Below are positions 39,735 through 53,661 of a stretch of 64,000 nucleotides of DNA, piece after piece. Both the position numbers and the translations under genes were made by a program. The first letter of the stretch is position 1. Each line of letters opens with the position of its first letter. This DNA is from Octopus sinensis (Eukaryota), in the NCBI RefSeq assembly GCF_006345805.1, contig NC_043011.1:38514464-38578463 (forward strand), read 5' to 3'. The notes under the pieces were generated by a model. It worked only from the letters and a program-made list of their open reading frames with translations, had not been told where the DNA came from and searched no databases.

Positions 39735-41329
39735 TATTTCATGACGCACATGTCGTATGGAATAGTCTATATGTTCCTATGGAGTTATTCAAAACATTTA
39801 TGGTATTTTGACCAAAATGAAAGAAAGGATATCTTTAGAATGTTTCCACTAAAATTTGAGGTTTAAAGAAAGTTTGAAAAGGTTCACCAACCGTAAGATC
39901 TTCCAATTGAAGGAAGGTACAAAAAAATTTGACAAGAGAAGCATTAATGACTCTTTATCTTTATTCCTTACTCAATTCCTTTTTATTTCTAGATTTTTTT
40001 GTTATTGTTTTATTTATTGTTACCGCTATTATAAATGGGGGTTATTACGCACCTTCCTCGGGCAGTGAGAACTTGTCTGTTTTATACAGACATCTAAGTT
40101 GATTGAAGGAAGTAATTATTAAGATGACTATTTTGTGACCCTAAATAGAGGGTAGGAAAACCAGGCGAATCCATACATCTTCTCGTCATTGTTGACCGAA
40201 AAGTAGAAAAATCTATGTAGTCTTATATACAACTGGGGGCTTTCTGATCTTCACATCGATTGAAAGGGATTGTAAAAAGTTAAATAATATCTTAGACTTG
40301 AAATAAGCAAGTGTTCGTGTATGTGTATGTGTGTGCATGCGTGTGTGTTTGTTGATGAACGTGCGTACGTGTGTGTGTTAGTGTGTATGTGTTTGTGCGA
40401 GTGTTTGTGTGTTTGGGTGTATGGGAGTGTGTAATTGTGTTTGTGTGTATGGGAGTGTGTGATTGTGTTTGTGTGGGTGTCTGTGTGTATGTATGAGCTA
40501 GTGTGTGAGTGTGCTTGTGTGAGTGTGTCTGCACCAATAATATTTGGAGAAACATTTATTGTAGAGTTTAAACATGAGCAAAAGCATAAAATATCATACC
40601 AAAGCTCACACAGCTAGACTTCACCCACATATTCGCCCACGTCACATTGCACAAATCACGTTTGATAGCGCTATTCACACAGAACATAACTGTCTACAAA
40701 TGAACGCAACGTGGACAACTATGGAAGCTTCTCTTGATTAAACGACACTAATTGTACCGCATACACTCTACAATACAACGAAAAGAAAACTACACCACGC
40801 ACAAAACAAATACGTGACACAATTCAAAGAAAATAACGTAGCAGTCACTCGCAAGCAAACATGAATTCGTATCATGTAACATTCTTTCACTAAAGAATTT
40901 TTGGGTTCTATGAAATTGTCAAAAGCCATTAACACCTTCTCAGCCCTCCCACTCTTGATCCAGCAGTGTATCGAGGTTATGAGTACCGTAAGTATAAATA
41001 ACGCCACCAGAACTCGGCTGTGTAGCCTAGGCATGGCACCTTGAGCAAGTATTTTCTACTATAGCATCGGATTTGTTAGACAGAAACTAAAAGAAGCTTG
41101 TCCCTCTTGTCAGTCATTATGATAGTGCTTCTTTGACTATTGAGTTGTTTTGACTCCTATTTCTAGCAATGCTGGTACCACTTAGTACCATCTGTCACTT
41201 TAGAGACGTCTATACATTTGCCTTTAGGTTGTTAAATTGCTAATGATAATAATCGTAATAACAACAATAATAATAATCATCATCATCATCATTATTATAT
41301 ATGTTTGTATATCTATTTGTATTTTTCTG

Positions 41330-41535
41330 TTTGTACTTGTTCCCCATTGCCAACGCTTGACAGCCGCGGTTGGTATGTTTGCAACCCGTAACTTAGCGGT
41401 TCGGTAAAAGAGAACCGTTAGAATAAGTACTAGGCTTTTAAAAAAGAAGTACTGGGCTCGATTCATTCTACTAAAAAATTCTTCGAGGCGGTGCCCCAGC
41501 ATGGCTACAGTCTAAACGACTGAAACAAGTATGCG
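41330..41535 (+). mobile_element. SINE family C 3' half
   Basis: CGTAACTTAGCGGTTCGGTAAAAGAGAACCG...CCAGCATGGC...GACTGAAACAAGTA. Confidence 0.8.
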
Positions 41536-42684
41536 GTAGAAGATAAAGTCTCTTCGACAAAGACGCCACGTAGTGTCCAGGTGTGGAATCAAAATACGAT
41601 TATATGATCACTAAATATGATCATTAAACACAATGTCTTCACATGACTCAGCCACAACCCAGTAAAATATAAAAGACAAAATGGATATTCATGCAAAATA
41701 AAACTCCTCGTAAAATAAAAATCACATTCTATATTTCTGAGATAAGGAATTTATATTATGTCTACCGTTTAGTTTAGTTAGATTGGTGTCCTCATCTTAA
41801 CGCTTGCTTTAACTAAGTGTTGGCTGTGTACGTTCGATCCTTCTTCGGGTGTATTAGGATTCACTTTAGTGCCTTTTCTACGAATGAATTCAAGCGTTCA
41901 GAGTTTCTGCACTGCATTTCAGCGCCATTTTTATTCATAGCGGAGTGGATATATTATACACGTGGTTGCGGATATAAGATTTTAACGAAGCGGAAGTAAA
42001 GCATCGTATTTACAGACGTAACGTCCGACTATCAACATGCGAGACTACAACGTTTTCCTGTTGTCTCAACGAGACACGTGACTCTTTATAAGCGTTCAAC
42101 GAGTCCACCTTTTAATCACACACGGGTGTTAATGTCTATCGCTACAACGGGATAAAAAGGCCCTGGAATCCCAGGCAAGGTACTAAGGTATATCTCAAGA
42201 CACCCGAAGAAGACAGGAACGTTTACAGTCGAAACATAGTGAAAAGAACAATGAAGACACCGCTCCGACTAATACATAATATAAAAAACTCACATACCAT
42301 ACATTTGCTTTCTAATAAAATATCGTAACACGCAGAAATACACAAACCACACAACACACTCAGAACAGTCACTACTCGCCACTAAAACAAATAACGTATA
42401 TTACACAACACATTCATAATGCAGTCTTCACAAGTCATAAGAAAACTCATGCACCGTATATGTGCAAATATTCTGCACAATAAACATACAACACTTCAAA
42501 ATTAAAAATTCTACAATGCAGAGACTTTTATATAAGATATAAACAACACACATCTACATTTAATAAAGGGTAGTACTACACATAAATCAGTATTGTAAAT
42601 TGCTTCAAGCAAATACGATAAATATTTAGCAAAAACTTTTAACAATGCAGGTGTGTAGTCAAGTAGAATATGTATGGTGATGTC

Positions 42685-42823
42685 AAGAAGAAGAAGAAGA
42701 AGAAGAAGAAGAAGAAGAAGAAGAAGAAGAAGAAGAAGAAGAAGAAGAAGAAGAAGAAGAAGAAGAAGAAGAAGAAGAAGAAGAAGAAGAAGAAGAAGAA
42801 GAAGAAGAAGAAGAAGAAGAAGA
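42685..42823. repeat. Pure (GAA)n tract
   Basis: Direct reading. Confidence 0.98.
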
Positions 42824-43320
42824 AAAACAGAAAAAAGATGGTATAGGCGCACGCCAAAAGGTCACAGAAAACGAGAAAGCAACCATACTCTGGGATAGCC
42901 AATACACACAGATAGAGAAATTAAGGCCAATAGTCCAGATATAATTGTTAGAGATCATGAAGAGAAATATGCTTCCTAATTGAGGTATCAATACCAGCAG
43001 ATGACAACGTTTCTTTAAAAGAACTGGAGAAACTTTCAAAATACAAAGACCTGGAAATAGAGGTAATCCAATGTGGAATCTAAAAACAGAAACAATTCCT
43101 ATCATAGTGGGCGCATAACATATAAAAAATTATTCAGACAATTACATAACAAAGACACCAGGACTAACAAATATATATATAACATACAGAAAATAACACT
43201 ACTGGGCACTGCACACATCCTACGCAAAACATTTTCAATACAGTAACCATAAGAGCATCACAGCAAACCACAGCACGTACCCAAGGCACACAGAACTGCG
43301 CTCGGTAGTGAAGTGAAACA
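42824..43320 (+). mobile_element. 5'-truncated R4/Dong-clade element, same family as 30.3 kb
   Basis: Clear nucleotide similarity to 30410-30900, including the 3' UTR CATAAGAGCA..ACAGCAAACCACAGCAC. Confidence 0.85.
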
Positions 43321-43344
43321 CTCGATACAATTATCGAGTCGAAA

Positions 43345-43720
43345 GAGTACTGGAGTCGGAGAAAAGAGACAAGGAGCTAGAAAATATGCTAGACATGGCA
43401 ATTATAGATAAGGAAAGGCGAAGTTGCTCACTTATCGACTCATCATATCTGTTTGATTTCAGCATCATAAAGGAAAATGAAGAAAAACAAGCAAAATACA
43501 GTCCCATAGAATTCGAAATAGGAAGTGTTCGGAGCGTGCGATCAGTAACGGTCGTACCTATAAAATTTGGAGCGTTGGGAGCAGTAAGCCAAGATATAGA
43601 CAAATGGCTGAAGCAGATGGGAACAGAGTGCCAGGTAAAGATCCTACAGAAAGTTCGTCTCTTAGAGACAGCAAGGGATATCAGGAGGGCTCCAAGAACT
43701 TGAAAGACTGCTGAAAACTT
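43345..43720 (+). mobile_element. Second, divergent R4/Dong-type RLE fragment
   Basis: ORF 43386-43703: (P)DMAIIDKERRSCSLID...EEKQAKYSPIEFEI...VTVVPIKFGALGAVS...LQKVRLLETARDIRR, matching the RLE PD..D/EK..KY pattern. Confidence 0.8.
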
Positions 43721-44152
43721 GTGGATACCTAAGATTACAGGTGTTTACCCGCGATGTACAAAATTCCTACAAATAATAAGACAGAACATGAGCAAAAATC
43801 AAAATGATAACAATGAATAATCCACAAGTATAAGGCACCTTCTATACATTAAATATCCAACAAAATATGCAAACACCACAAAATGTACTCTAAAGGACAG
43901 ATACCCGACAGACGAACACAACACGCATTGCACACAAAATACAAAATACGAAGACTGCTACAAAAGACTACAACCAAACCCCATAACAAAAACCAGTTGA
44001 TGCAATACATTACCGGAAAAATGTTGAAGTTCCCTATTAACGTACAATGCTGCACTCACCTCTATATTACGAAGGTGTTGCAGGTGATAAAGTTGAAATT
44101 TGCCTGAAACAATCCAGGTGATGAAAACGATGATGAATATAGTAACCACCAC

Positions 44153-44195
<43 letters not shown>

Positions 44196-44293
44196 GTCAA
44201 CATCATCATCATCATCATCATCATGTGGGTTTCTTTAAAACTAAACTGTATCTCTTCTTGTCGGGGGTCCCAGAGGAACCTACCTCATGACAG

Positions 44294-44614
44294 GGCGCGT
44301 GGCTTAGTGGTTAGGGCATTCGGCTCATGATCGTAAGGTTGTGAGTTCGATTCCCGGCGACGCGTTGTGTCCTTGAGCAAGACACTTTATTTCACGTTGC
44401 TCCAGTCCACTCAGCTGGCAAAAATGAGTTGTACTTGTATTTCAAAGGGTCAGCCTTGTCACTCTCTGTGTCACGCTAATTATCACCGAGAACTACGTTA
44501 AGGGTACACGTGTCTGTGGAATGCTCAGCCATTTGCACGTTAATTTCACGAGCAAGCTGTTCCGTTGATCGTATCAGCTGGGACCCTCGTCGTCGTAACC
44601 GGCGGAGTCTTTTA
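44294..44614 (+). mobile_element. SINE family B (H1+T1), full length with 12-bp TSD
   Basis: ACCTCATGACAG at 44282-44293 and 44615-44626; intact A box TGGCTTAGTGG and B box GAGTTCGATTCC. Confidence 0.92.
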
Positions 44615-45171
44615 ACCTCATGACAGAAGACACAGATGCGGGCAGCAGCATCGAACTCCCTTGTTGACCAAGTGCCACGTATCAGAGGTGGATTCACATA
44701 TTAGTGTAGCTCATTCAACGGTGGTGCCCCAGCATGGCCGTGGCCTTCGGGCTAAAACATTTTTAAGGATTTAAGGATTTAAGGAACATCATCATCATAG
44801 ATGTCATCATCATGATGTTGATGAGCATTATTATGATATTGATAGCTCGAAAGCGAAAGAGTAACAGCGCTGTTTTGAATACCTACGTTTTCCAGCCGTC
44901 CATAGCTGTCTCATTGATATTCTTTTTCCTATATTCTGTGTGATAAATATAATTTAACCTTGCGGTAAAGAAAGGTGAATATTGTCAGCTTCTCAATTAA
45001 CAATGCATGGAATTATAAATTACATTTTTTTTCGACTATCTTTTAAAAGAAAAACTAACATTTATTTGAAATTTCAATGTCTTCGACTTAGGTTATGGTA
45101 GCTACAGACTGCATACTACACATTCACACATAAAGTATATATACATTAAATATTATGGGAGTATATATATA

Positions 45172-45214
<43 letters not shown>

Positions 45215-45760
45215 ATACACAGAAACATATATATACATATTGAGGGCATCAGCATACATAAATGCCACCTGCTACCAAGATAAATAAACACATATTTTAT
45301 TATTTACTTTAGTAGTTTTGACTTGAAGAGTCCCTCCTAGCGTGTGGCATTTATGTATAGTAATACCCTCAATATAAATAAATATATTTAAGAGAAAAAT
45401 TGATGGATTTTTTCTCTTATGAGGTTTTTCACGCTATTTGATAAATTCTTAAAAAGATTTTATCCTATTTTAAAATTTACTTAGCGGTTCAGCAAAAGAG
45501 ACCGACAGAATAAGTACTGGGCTTACAAAAGAATAAGTCCCAGGGTCGAGTTGCTCGATTAAAGGCGGTGCTCCAGCATGGCCGCAGTCAAATGACTGAA
45601 ACAAGTAAAAGAGTAAAAGAGTAAAGAGTATATATAATATATATAATATATATATATATAAAATAAATATGTTCAAAGTGGAAAAATTTACAGATTTTTT
45701 CTCTTGCGAAGTTTTTCACGCTAACTACTGATAATTTTTTATATATGTATATATATATAT

Positions 45761-46613
45761 AAGACAAGAAATAATATTTGTCTCTTTTCATGGAAACAAA
45801 GGGGTTATAGGACTGTTTCAACGTCTTTATTTATAACACCACGCCTCTAAGCATTTGATCATATATAAATATTACCATGGCTCTTAAACATATAAAGTAT
45901 ACATATACGAAAAACGTATAAAGTATACATATACAAAAAACGTATAAAGTATACATATACGAAAAACGTATAAAGTATACATATACGAAAAACGTATAAA
46001 GTATACATATACAAAAAACGTATAAAGTATATATATATATATATATACATATATATATTATATATATATATAAGACAAGAAATAATATTTGTCTCTTTTC
46101 ATGGAAACAAAGGGGTTATAGGACTGTTTCAACGTCTTTATTTATAACACCACGCCTCTAAGCATTTGATCATATATAAATATTACCATGGCTCTTAAAC
46201 ATATAAAGTATACATATACAAAAAACGTATAAAGTATATATATATAAAAAAACACAGAAGGTTAAAAATATATATACGTGTGTGTGTAAATGTATATAAA
46301 AGAACGCTCTTTCTTTCTCTCTCTCTCTCTCACCAATGCGGAAAACGAAGTAACTTGAAGATAAAAGTAAAAACTCAAAGAGTACATAATAAATTAATAG
46401 AAAAGCAAGGAACACCAGAAATAAATATTTGCAGAGATATGTGTATTTTTTGAAAACGATATAAAGAATTTGATTTCGTTGGATCATCTTGGAGAAAAGA
46501 TACGCTTTACTGCAGCACACTTTTACCAACACATCACCTTTCAGTTCCTTTCGTTCGAAGCAAAGAAAAAAAAGGAATATGACGCAAACGCAGCTGGGTC
46601 TTTAATGCAAAGC

Positions 46614-46646
<33 letters not shown>

Positions 46647-47278
46647 TGTATGTATGTATGTATGTATGTATGTATGTATGTATGTATGTATGTATGTATG
46701 TATGTATGTATGTATGTATGTATGTATGTATGTATGTATGTATGTATGTATGTATGTATGTATGTATGTATGTATGTATGTTCGTATATATATATATATC
46801 TATATATATATATATATTATATAGATATATATATATAATATATATACTATATATATATATTATATATATATAAGACAAGAAATAATATTTGTCTCTTTTC
46901 ATGGAAACAAAGGGGTTTATAGGACTGTTTCAACGTCTTTATTTATAACACCACGCCTCTAAGCATTTGATCATATATAAATATTACCATGGCTCTTAAA
47001 CATATAAAGTATACATATACAAAAAACGTATAAAGTATACATATATAAAAAACACAGAAGGTTAAAAATATATATGCCGAATAAAAATACAGATATATAG
47101 AACGGCCTACGAAAAAGGTAAATACAACCGACTAAAAATTACATTTTTTAAATAATATTTATGATACTATATTAAAAATGTTTCTCTATAATATGGATAA
47201 TGTCTTTCACTATTGAATTGCTTAATAGAGGTTATTTCTCTTAATTGTATACATACATACAAATATATATATATATAA

Positions 47279-47309
<31 letters not shown>

Positions 47310-47831
47310 CATGTACATGTAGATCCGTACATATGTGTGTGCGTATACATATGTATATACATGTGTACACACATGGGAGAGTGAGAGAGAATGTGTCAAG
47401 TATTTGTACATAGTATGCGTAAAAATATATATACGTGTGTGTGTAAATGTATATAAAAGAACGCTCTTTCTTTCTCTCTCTCTCTCTATATCTCACTCTA
47501 TCTCTCTCTCCCCTCTCTCTCACCAATGCGGAAAACGAAGTAACTTGAAGATAAAAGTAAAAACTCAAAGAGTACATAATAAATTAATAGAAAAGCAAGG
47601 AACACCAGAAATAAATATTTGCAGAGATATGTGTATTTTTGAAAACGATATAAAAAATTTGATTTCGTAGGATCATCTTGGAGAAAAGATACGCTTTACT
47701 GCAGCACACTTTTACCAACACATCACCTTTCAGTTCCTTTCGTTCGAAGCAAAGAAAAAAAGGAATATGACGCAAACGCAGCTGGGTCTTTAATGCAAAG
47801 CATATATGTATGTATGTATGTATGTATGTTC

Positions 47832-47870
<39 letters not shown>
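45761..47870. repeat. Mosaic segmental duplication A-A-B-A-C-B with a 26-bp minisatellite and (TATG)n
   Basis: Block A starts at 45761, 46072 and 46872; block B at ~46270 and ~47425; 26-bp unit GAAAAACGTATAAAGTATACATATAC x5 at 45909-46030. Confidence 0.9.
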
Positions 47871-47872
<2 letters not shown>

Positions 47873-48468
47873 AATAAAATAGAACATATGCATATATATA
47901 AACATATATGTACGTACCTACCTCTACATGTACATATACACGCATATATGTGTACAGGACACCAAAAAGACGTCGAACACATAGAGAGACGAAACACATA
48001 GACACAAACCAAGGAACAAGACAAGCAAAAAAAGAGAGATACAGGACAATAAGCACAACGAAAAATCCCCTTCTTCAGTCGCTAAGGTTTCATCTACTAA
48101 ACGTTTCGAAGGATAAAAGCGAGACGTTATACTTCGAAGAAAACTCCTTCCGCGAAAAGCAAATCAATTAAAATTCTGAGATCTTTTCGCAGGGGGTGGT
48201 AAAACAAAGCAAGACGGTAACGACAGTACAAACATATAAATAGTAAAAAATATATATAAACAGTGGAAAAAAATAAATATAAACAGTGAGAGACAGGACA
48301 AGGAGAACAAGATAATATATATATATATATATATATATCATATAATTAAGGGCTAAAGAGGGGTATCTAAAGCCAAATACACTGTTTTATCCATTATAAT
48401 ACGCTTGTTACAGGAAAATTGAAACTGAAAACGGGCAACTAACCTTTAGAAAATTTAAATTTCGTTAT

Positions 48469-48532
48469 CTCTATATTGAATCAATTTCGGACTTAATCTT
48501 ATAAAAAAAGATATATTCCTTCTTCAGTAGAA
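48469..48532 (-). ncRNA. Type I hammerhead motif, left-arm copy
   Basis: Reverse complement of the 48602-48665 motif. Confidence 0.7.
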
Positions 48533-48601
48533 CTTTCGATGGGATATAAATAAAATACTCACGTATGATCATGGAGTATTTTATTTATATCCCATCGAAA
48601 G

Positions 48602-48665
48602 TTCTACTGAAGAAGGAATATATCTTTTTTTATAAGATTAAGTCCGAAATTGATTCAATATAGAG
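48602..48665 (+). ncRNA. Type I hammerhead motif, right-arm copy
   Basis: UUCUA-CUGAAGA-A-GGA..AUCUU..AAGAU..UCC-GAAA-UUG-AUU-CAAU-A/UAGAG: 5-bp stem I, stem II, 4-bp stem III, predicted cleavage after 48660; one extra A after A9. Confidence 0.7.
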
Positions 48666-48901
48666 ATAACGAATTTAAATTTTCTAAAGGTTAGTTGCCC
48701 GTTTTCAGTTTCAATTTTCCTGTAAAAGCGGATTATAAGTGGATAAAACAGTGTATTTGGCTTTAGAATAACCCTCTTTAGCCTTAATTATATGATGTAT
48801 ATTGCAACCGTAACGGTTTTTTAAAATATACTGCCCACGCTTCTGATGAATTCCTTTGCTGTAGAGTAAGGGACTTCATCCTATATTGCTTATATATATA
48901 T

Positions 48902-48935
<34 letters not shown>

Positions 48936-48949
48936 CAACATATATATAT

Positions 48950-48996
<47 letters not shown>

Positions 48997-49279
48997 CATA
49001 CATATACACACACACACACACACACACAACGCACACACATATATATATATATATATCCTCCTTTTCTTCGCGACCCCATGCTTAAATTGTGTGTCAAGCT
49101 TTGAAGACAATACATGGATTAATATTATCTTTATGATAATGCTTAATATAGAAAAGTAATTATTGTATTGAAATGAAATTTAAAATAAAAGAAAGAGTTT
49201 TGCTTATATTCTTAAAATTTTTTTTGATAATTTAATATCTCACTACCGCTGACGTTGGTATTAATATTCGCGATTTGAA

Positions 49280-50120
49280 AGGCGGCGAGCTGGCAGAAAC
49301 GTTAGCACGCCGGGAAAAATGCGTAGCCGTATTTCGTCTGCCGGTTACGTTCTGAGTTCAAATTCCGCCGAGGTCGACTTTGCCTTTCATCCTTTCAGGT
49401 CCGATTAAATAAGTACCAGTTACGCACTAGGGTGGATGTAATCGACTTAATCCCTTTGTCTGTCCTTATTTGTCCTCTCTATGTTTAGTCCCCTGTGGGT
49501 AGTAAAGAAATAGGTATTTCGTCTGCTGCTACGTTCTGAGTTCAAATTCCACCGAAGTCGACTTTGCCATTCATCCTTTCGGGGTTTATTAAATAAGCAC
49601 CAGTTACGCACTGGGGTCGATATAATCGACTTAATTCGTTTGTCTGACCTTGTTTGTCCCCTCTGTGTGTAGCCCCTTGTGGGCAGAATTTGAAATAAGA
49701 AACTTTAGCACATCGGGCAAAATCCTTAGCATTACTTCGTCTGTCATTATGTTCTGAGTTCAAATTCCAGCGAAGTCGACTTCTCCTCTCACACTTACTG
49801 GGTCGATAAAATAATTACCATTTGCGTACCAGGATCCATCTAAACGACTTAACTCATCCCCTGAATTTACTGGCATTGAGGGAAATTTTGGAACGTATAG
49901 CTGTTTGTTGAAGGCGGCGAGCTAGCAGAAACGTTAGCACGCCGAGCGAAATGATACACAGTATTTCGTCTGTCCTTACAATCTGAGTTCAAATTACAGA
50001 GACATCGACTTTGCTTTTGTCCTTTCGGGGTCGATAAATTAAGTACCAGTTGAGTACTAGAGTCGATCTAATCGACTGACCCCCTCCCCCCAAATTTGGC
50101 CCTTGTGCCTAGAGGAGAAA
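49280..50120 (+). mobile_element. SINE family A cluster (dimer 49280-49690 plus two further copies)
   Basis: GGCGGCGAGCTGGCAGAAACGTTAGCAC heads at ~49281 and ~49913; dimer junction at ~49505. Confidence 0.9.
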
Positions 50121-52584
50121 ATAATAGTTGTGTGTTGATAATAATATTAAATTTATTTTAGATATCAGTTACTTCTCAATTTACACTGCAGTGACAAATA
50201 TTGGTAATTACTGTTAAATATGTTCAGCACGCAATTTATCTTTCATTAAACTGATAATTCATAAAACCAGGTCCTAGTTATATATATTATTGTTCAATGC
50301 AGTCCTAATCAGTTTAGATCCTAATTGCTCCAGTTTGCGTGGATGAGATAATTTCTCACTTTTTATGATATGGCAGTATGTTAAGATTATTTGAAGAAGC
50401 AGCTGGATTCTCTATATTATTGGATTCTAAACTTGTCTGGAATTACCAAGACGCAATAGACATTAATAACAGGTTTTGAAAACGGGCATACTTTCATCTT
50501 ATAGTAACCTAATATATAGGGGAGCAAACGGTTCTATATTAACGTTACACATTAAATACTGCCACGGTATTATTTTTATTCTGAGAAAGAAGCCGGAAAA
50601 AGCAATTATATATAATTTTATAATTTGATTGGTGTATCTGTTTCGACGATCAGATGTGTATGTTCCTCAAGCTAATTGGATTGAGACATTACTGTTTCGT
50701 GTGTGTGTGTGTGTGTGTGCCTGTGTGTGTCTGCATATATGCATATATGTATATATAGAGAGAGAATGTGGGAGACTAAAAGAAAGAGAAAGAGTCAGAA
50801 AGAGAAAGAGAGAGAAAGACAATGCTACAGATTCCGTTCTTTATTTAAATGAATGAATGTGTTATGAATATCTTGTTTTGAAGGTATTTATTGTTTATCT
50901 TGTACATGTTAGAGTATCTAAAATGTACCCGTCAATCACTATTTTTAATTATTACACTTATGATCAATCCCCTTTTCCTAACATTGTATGTACAAGTGCA
51001 GTCTTATAGTTAAGATATTCTCTGTGACATCTCATGATTTGGAATGAATTGGACTTTTTGTCAACTTGTTAAAGTGTTTTCTAGCATAACCACAGAACAA
51101 CTGAAATTTTATAGACAGAAACAGTATAGTAACCCCTCGAATGAATTATACATGTTTGAGGATGGTAGATTTAATTCTTGTCCAGTTTTATTTCAGCTCT
51201 ACTACTGGCTACCTTTTGGATACTCAGCTTAGATTTTGTGCAACAATTTTGCTACCAGTTTTAGAGGCCCCGGAGAAAGATAATAGGGTTCCTTTTTTTT
51301 CTTTTGAGTAAATCACAAAGCAAAATATAATTAGAAGATTAAAGATTTTCCTGTAGAGACATATAGTGGAATATATAGCAAGCTCCTCTGACAGGTTTGG
51401 AAAAGTTTAAATATTATGACAATAATGAATTTTTATCTAAGAAGTCAGAAATTGAATTATAACGAAACTGAATTGAAAGAGCTGTCATCTTTTATTACAA
51501 AAGCACGAAACGGAGAAGAATTATGCCTTATTTCGTCATTAATGCTATATATGTGGTTCCTTGTTAAAACCATCAACATGCTTTTGTGACACAATTAAAA
51601 TTACCGAAAGATATTTTTATTGTTTTAATGGGGAATTTTACGTGACAAAACAAAAACAGGTGACAACAACAAGAGCGATATCAAATGCGATAACAATGCT
51701 AAATTGAAACACAAGAAAAGAAAATATCATTTTGTTTAAGAAAAACTACTTTCGTTTCGGTTTTGTGGTGCCAAACAAAGAAAACGTAGTACAATTTTGA
51801 AACAAGAGCAGTATTCGATAATTTCAATGTCAAAAGCAAACAAGTAGACTCAGATACGTTATACCCTCCATCATCCACCAAAAAACAATAAAAACAAAAC
51901 AACAATAATCTTTAATATTCTTTTTAAGCTTTTATCAAATAAAAAAGTCACGGCTATAACCATAAGATACTTTTATAAATAAACATAACATTTACAATAC
52001 ACTTTAAAAAAAAAGCACAAATATATTTGAGGTTATAAAGTAAAATGATAGATTCTGAAGAAGCTGATCGCTCATTAAAAATATGAAATATAAAAAGAAT
52101 ATGGGGAAATAAAAAATATCTTCTCATTTATTCCAATTCAATTTATTTTTATTTAGTTTTAATATTTCGTTTTTTCTTTTTTTTTTGTAAATTTCGTTTG
52201 TTATTACTTCCATTGCCCACTTTTATCTTGCTGTTTCCTATCTCCAATATTGTTTTTTTTTGTTTTTTTACAGTAACTGGAATTTTTATATATATAAAAC
52301 ATATCTTTATAGTCATTTTATAATTTAATTTCTGTCGTTTTCTTGAAAGTTTTGTAATAAATTTCAATAAACATCTAGTTTTTCTGTTTTCCCTTTTCCA
52401 AAAGAAAAGAAAAGAAAAGAAAGAAAGAAAGAAAAAGAAAGAATATTTATGTTCTTGCAAATATTACTTGACACACATGTAATATCTTTATAATATTTTA
52501 TTTGATATTCTCTCGATGGAAATCCTTGAAATCAAGAATGTTGCATGAGAAGAGAATTAAAACGAAATTTGAGAATAAAATGTT

Positions 52585-52637
<53 letters not shown>

Positions 52638-52669
52638 GTATACATACATACATACATACATACATATAA

Positions 52670-52747
<78 letters not shown>

Positions 52748-53284
52748 TAAACGGCATTTTTTTTTAATTATCAATAATTATATTTTCGCTTTTTAGTTTA
52801 GCATAAAAATTTGAAATGATCAGTCCCATGAATGAAGAATTTCGCTTTTATATACCTCATAAATTGGAAAATATTTTAATACTGATTTTATAATGTTACT
52901 CTTTCAAAACCGTAACATAAATTATCACTATCCCCCACCAGCCTTTAAAGAATTTGCCATGCCTTCGCATTAAGCTGCTCTATTAACATTACCATAAATT
53001 TGGAGTGAAAGTTTTACTGCTTGATGATACTCGTAGCACTAGTTAAGAATGTATTTGCATTACACAACTAACTATTAGAATAGCAGCGCCGTCAAGAATA
53101 GGGATATCTGCTGGTTGACTGCGAAAAATAGGTCTTAGAATGACGAAAATTATATTTAAAATATATTGTCTTGAATATTGATGAAGCTGCGGTTATCATT
53201 TTAACATTCTCTGAATATTTTTTTAATGCAAAAGAAAACTACAGTTCTATATTTAAGGGATGAGCAATTATATACATTATTTCC

Positions 53285-53509
53285 ATTATTTACATTGTTT
53301 ACATTCGACGGATATTTGTCCTCATCTTGTTTGTTGTTAACACAACGTTTCGGCTAATATACCCTCCAGCCTTCTTCAGGTGTCTTGGGGAAATTTCGAA
53401 CCTGGGTTCTCATTCCTAAGGTATTTTTCGATGTTATTATTATTGTTATTATTATTATTATTATTATCATTATTATTATTATTATTATTATTATATTATT
53501 ATTATTATT

Positions 53510-53553
<44 letters not shown>

Positions 53554-53569
53554 GTTGTTGTTGTTGTTG

Positions 53570-53600
<31 letters not shown>

Positions 53601-53601
53601 A

Positions 53602-53661
<60 letters not shown>

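Larger units (their letters stand above)
48335..48796. repeat. ~225-bp-arm near-perfect palindrome (13-nt spacer)
   Basis: 48335-48560 is the reverse complement of 48574-48796, with a handful of differences in the outer half. Confidence 0.97.

Noticed and set aside
44294-44370. tRNA gene calls for A/B-box segments
   Set aside because: They continue into SINE bodies, lack a proper cloverleaf and terminator, and this one has a TSD.
48060-48170. CUGAAGAAGGGGA and GAAGGA..UCCUUC-GAAACGUU on the minus strand
   Set aside because: The core halves are in the wrong order or incomplete, and no full hammerhead fold can be drawn.
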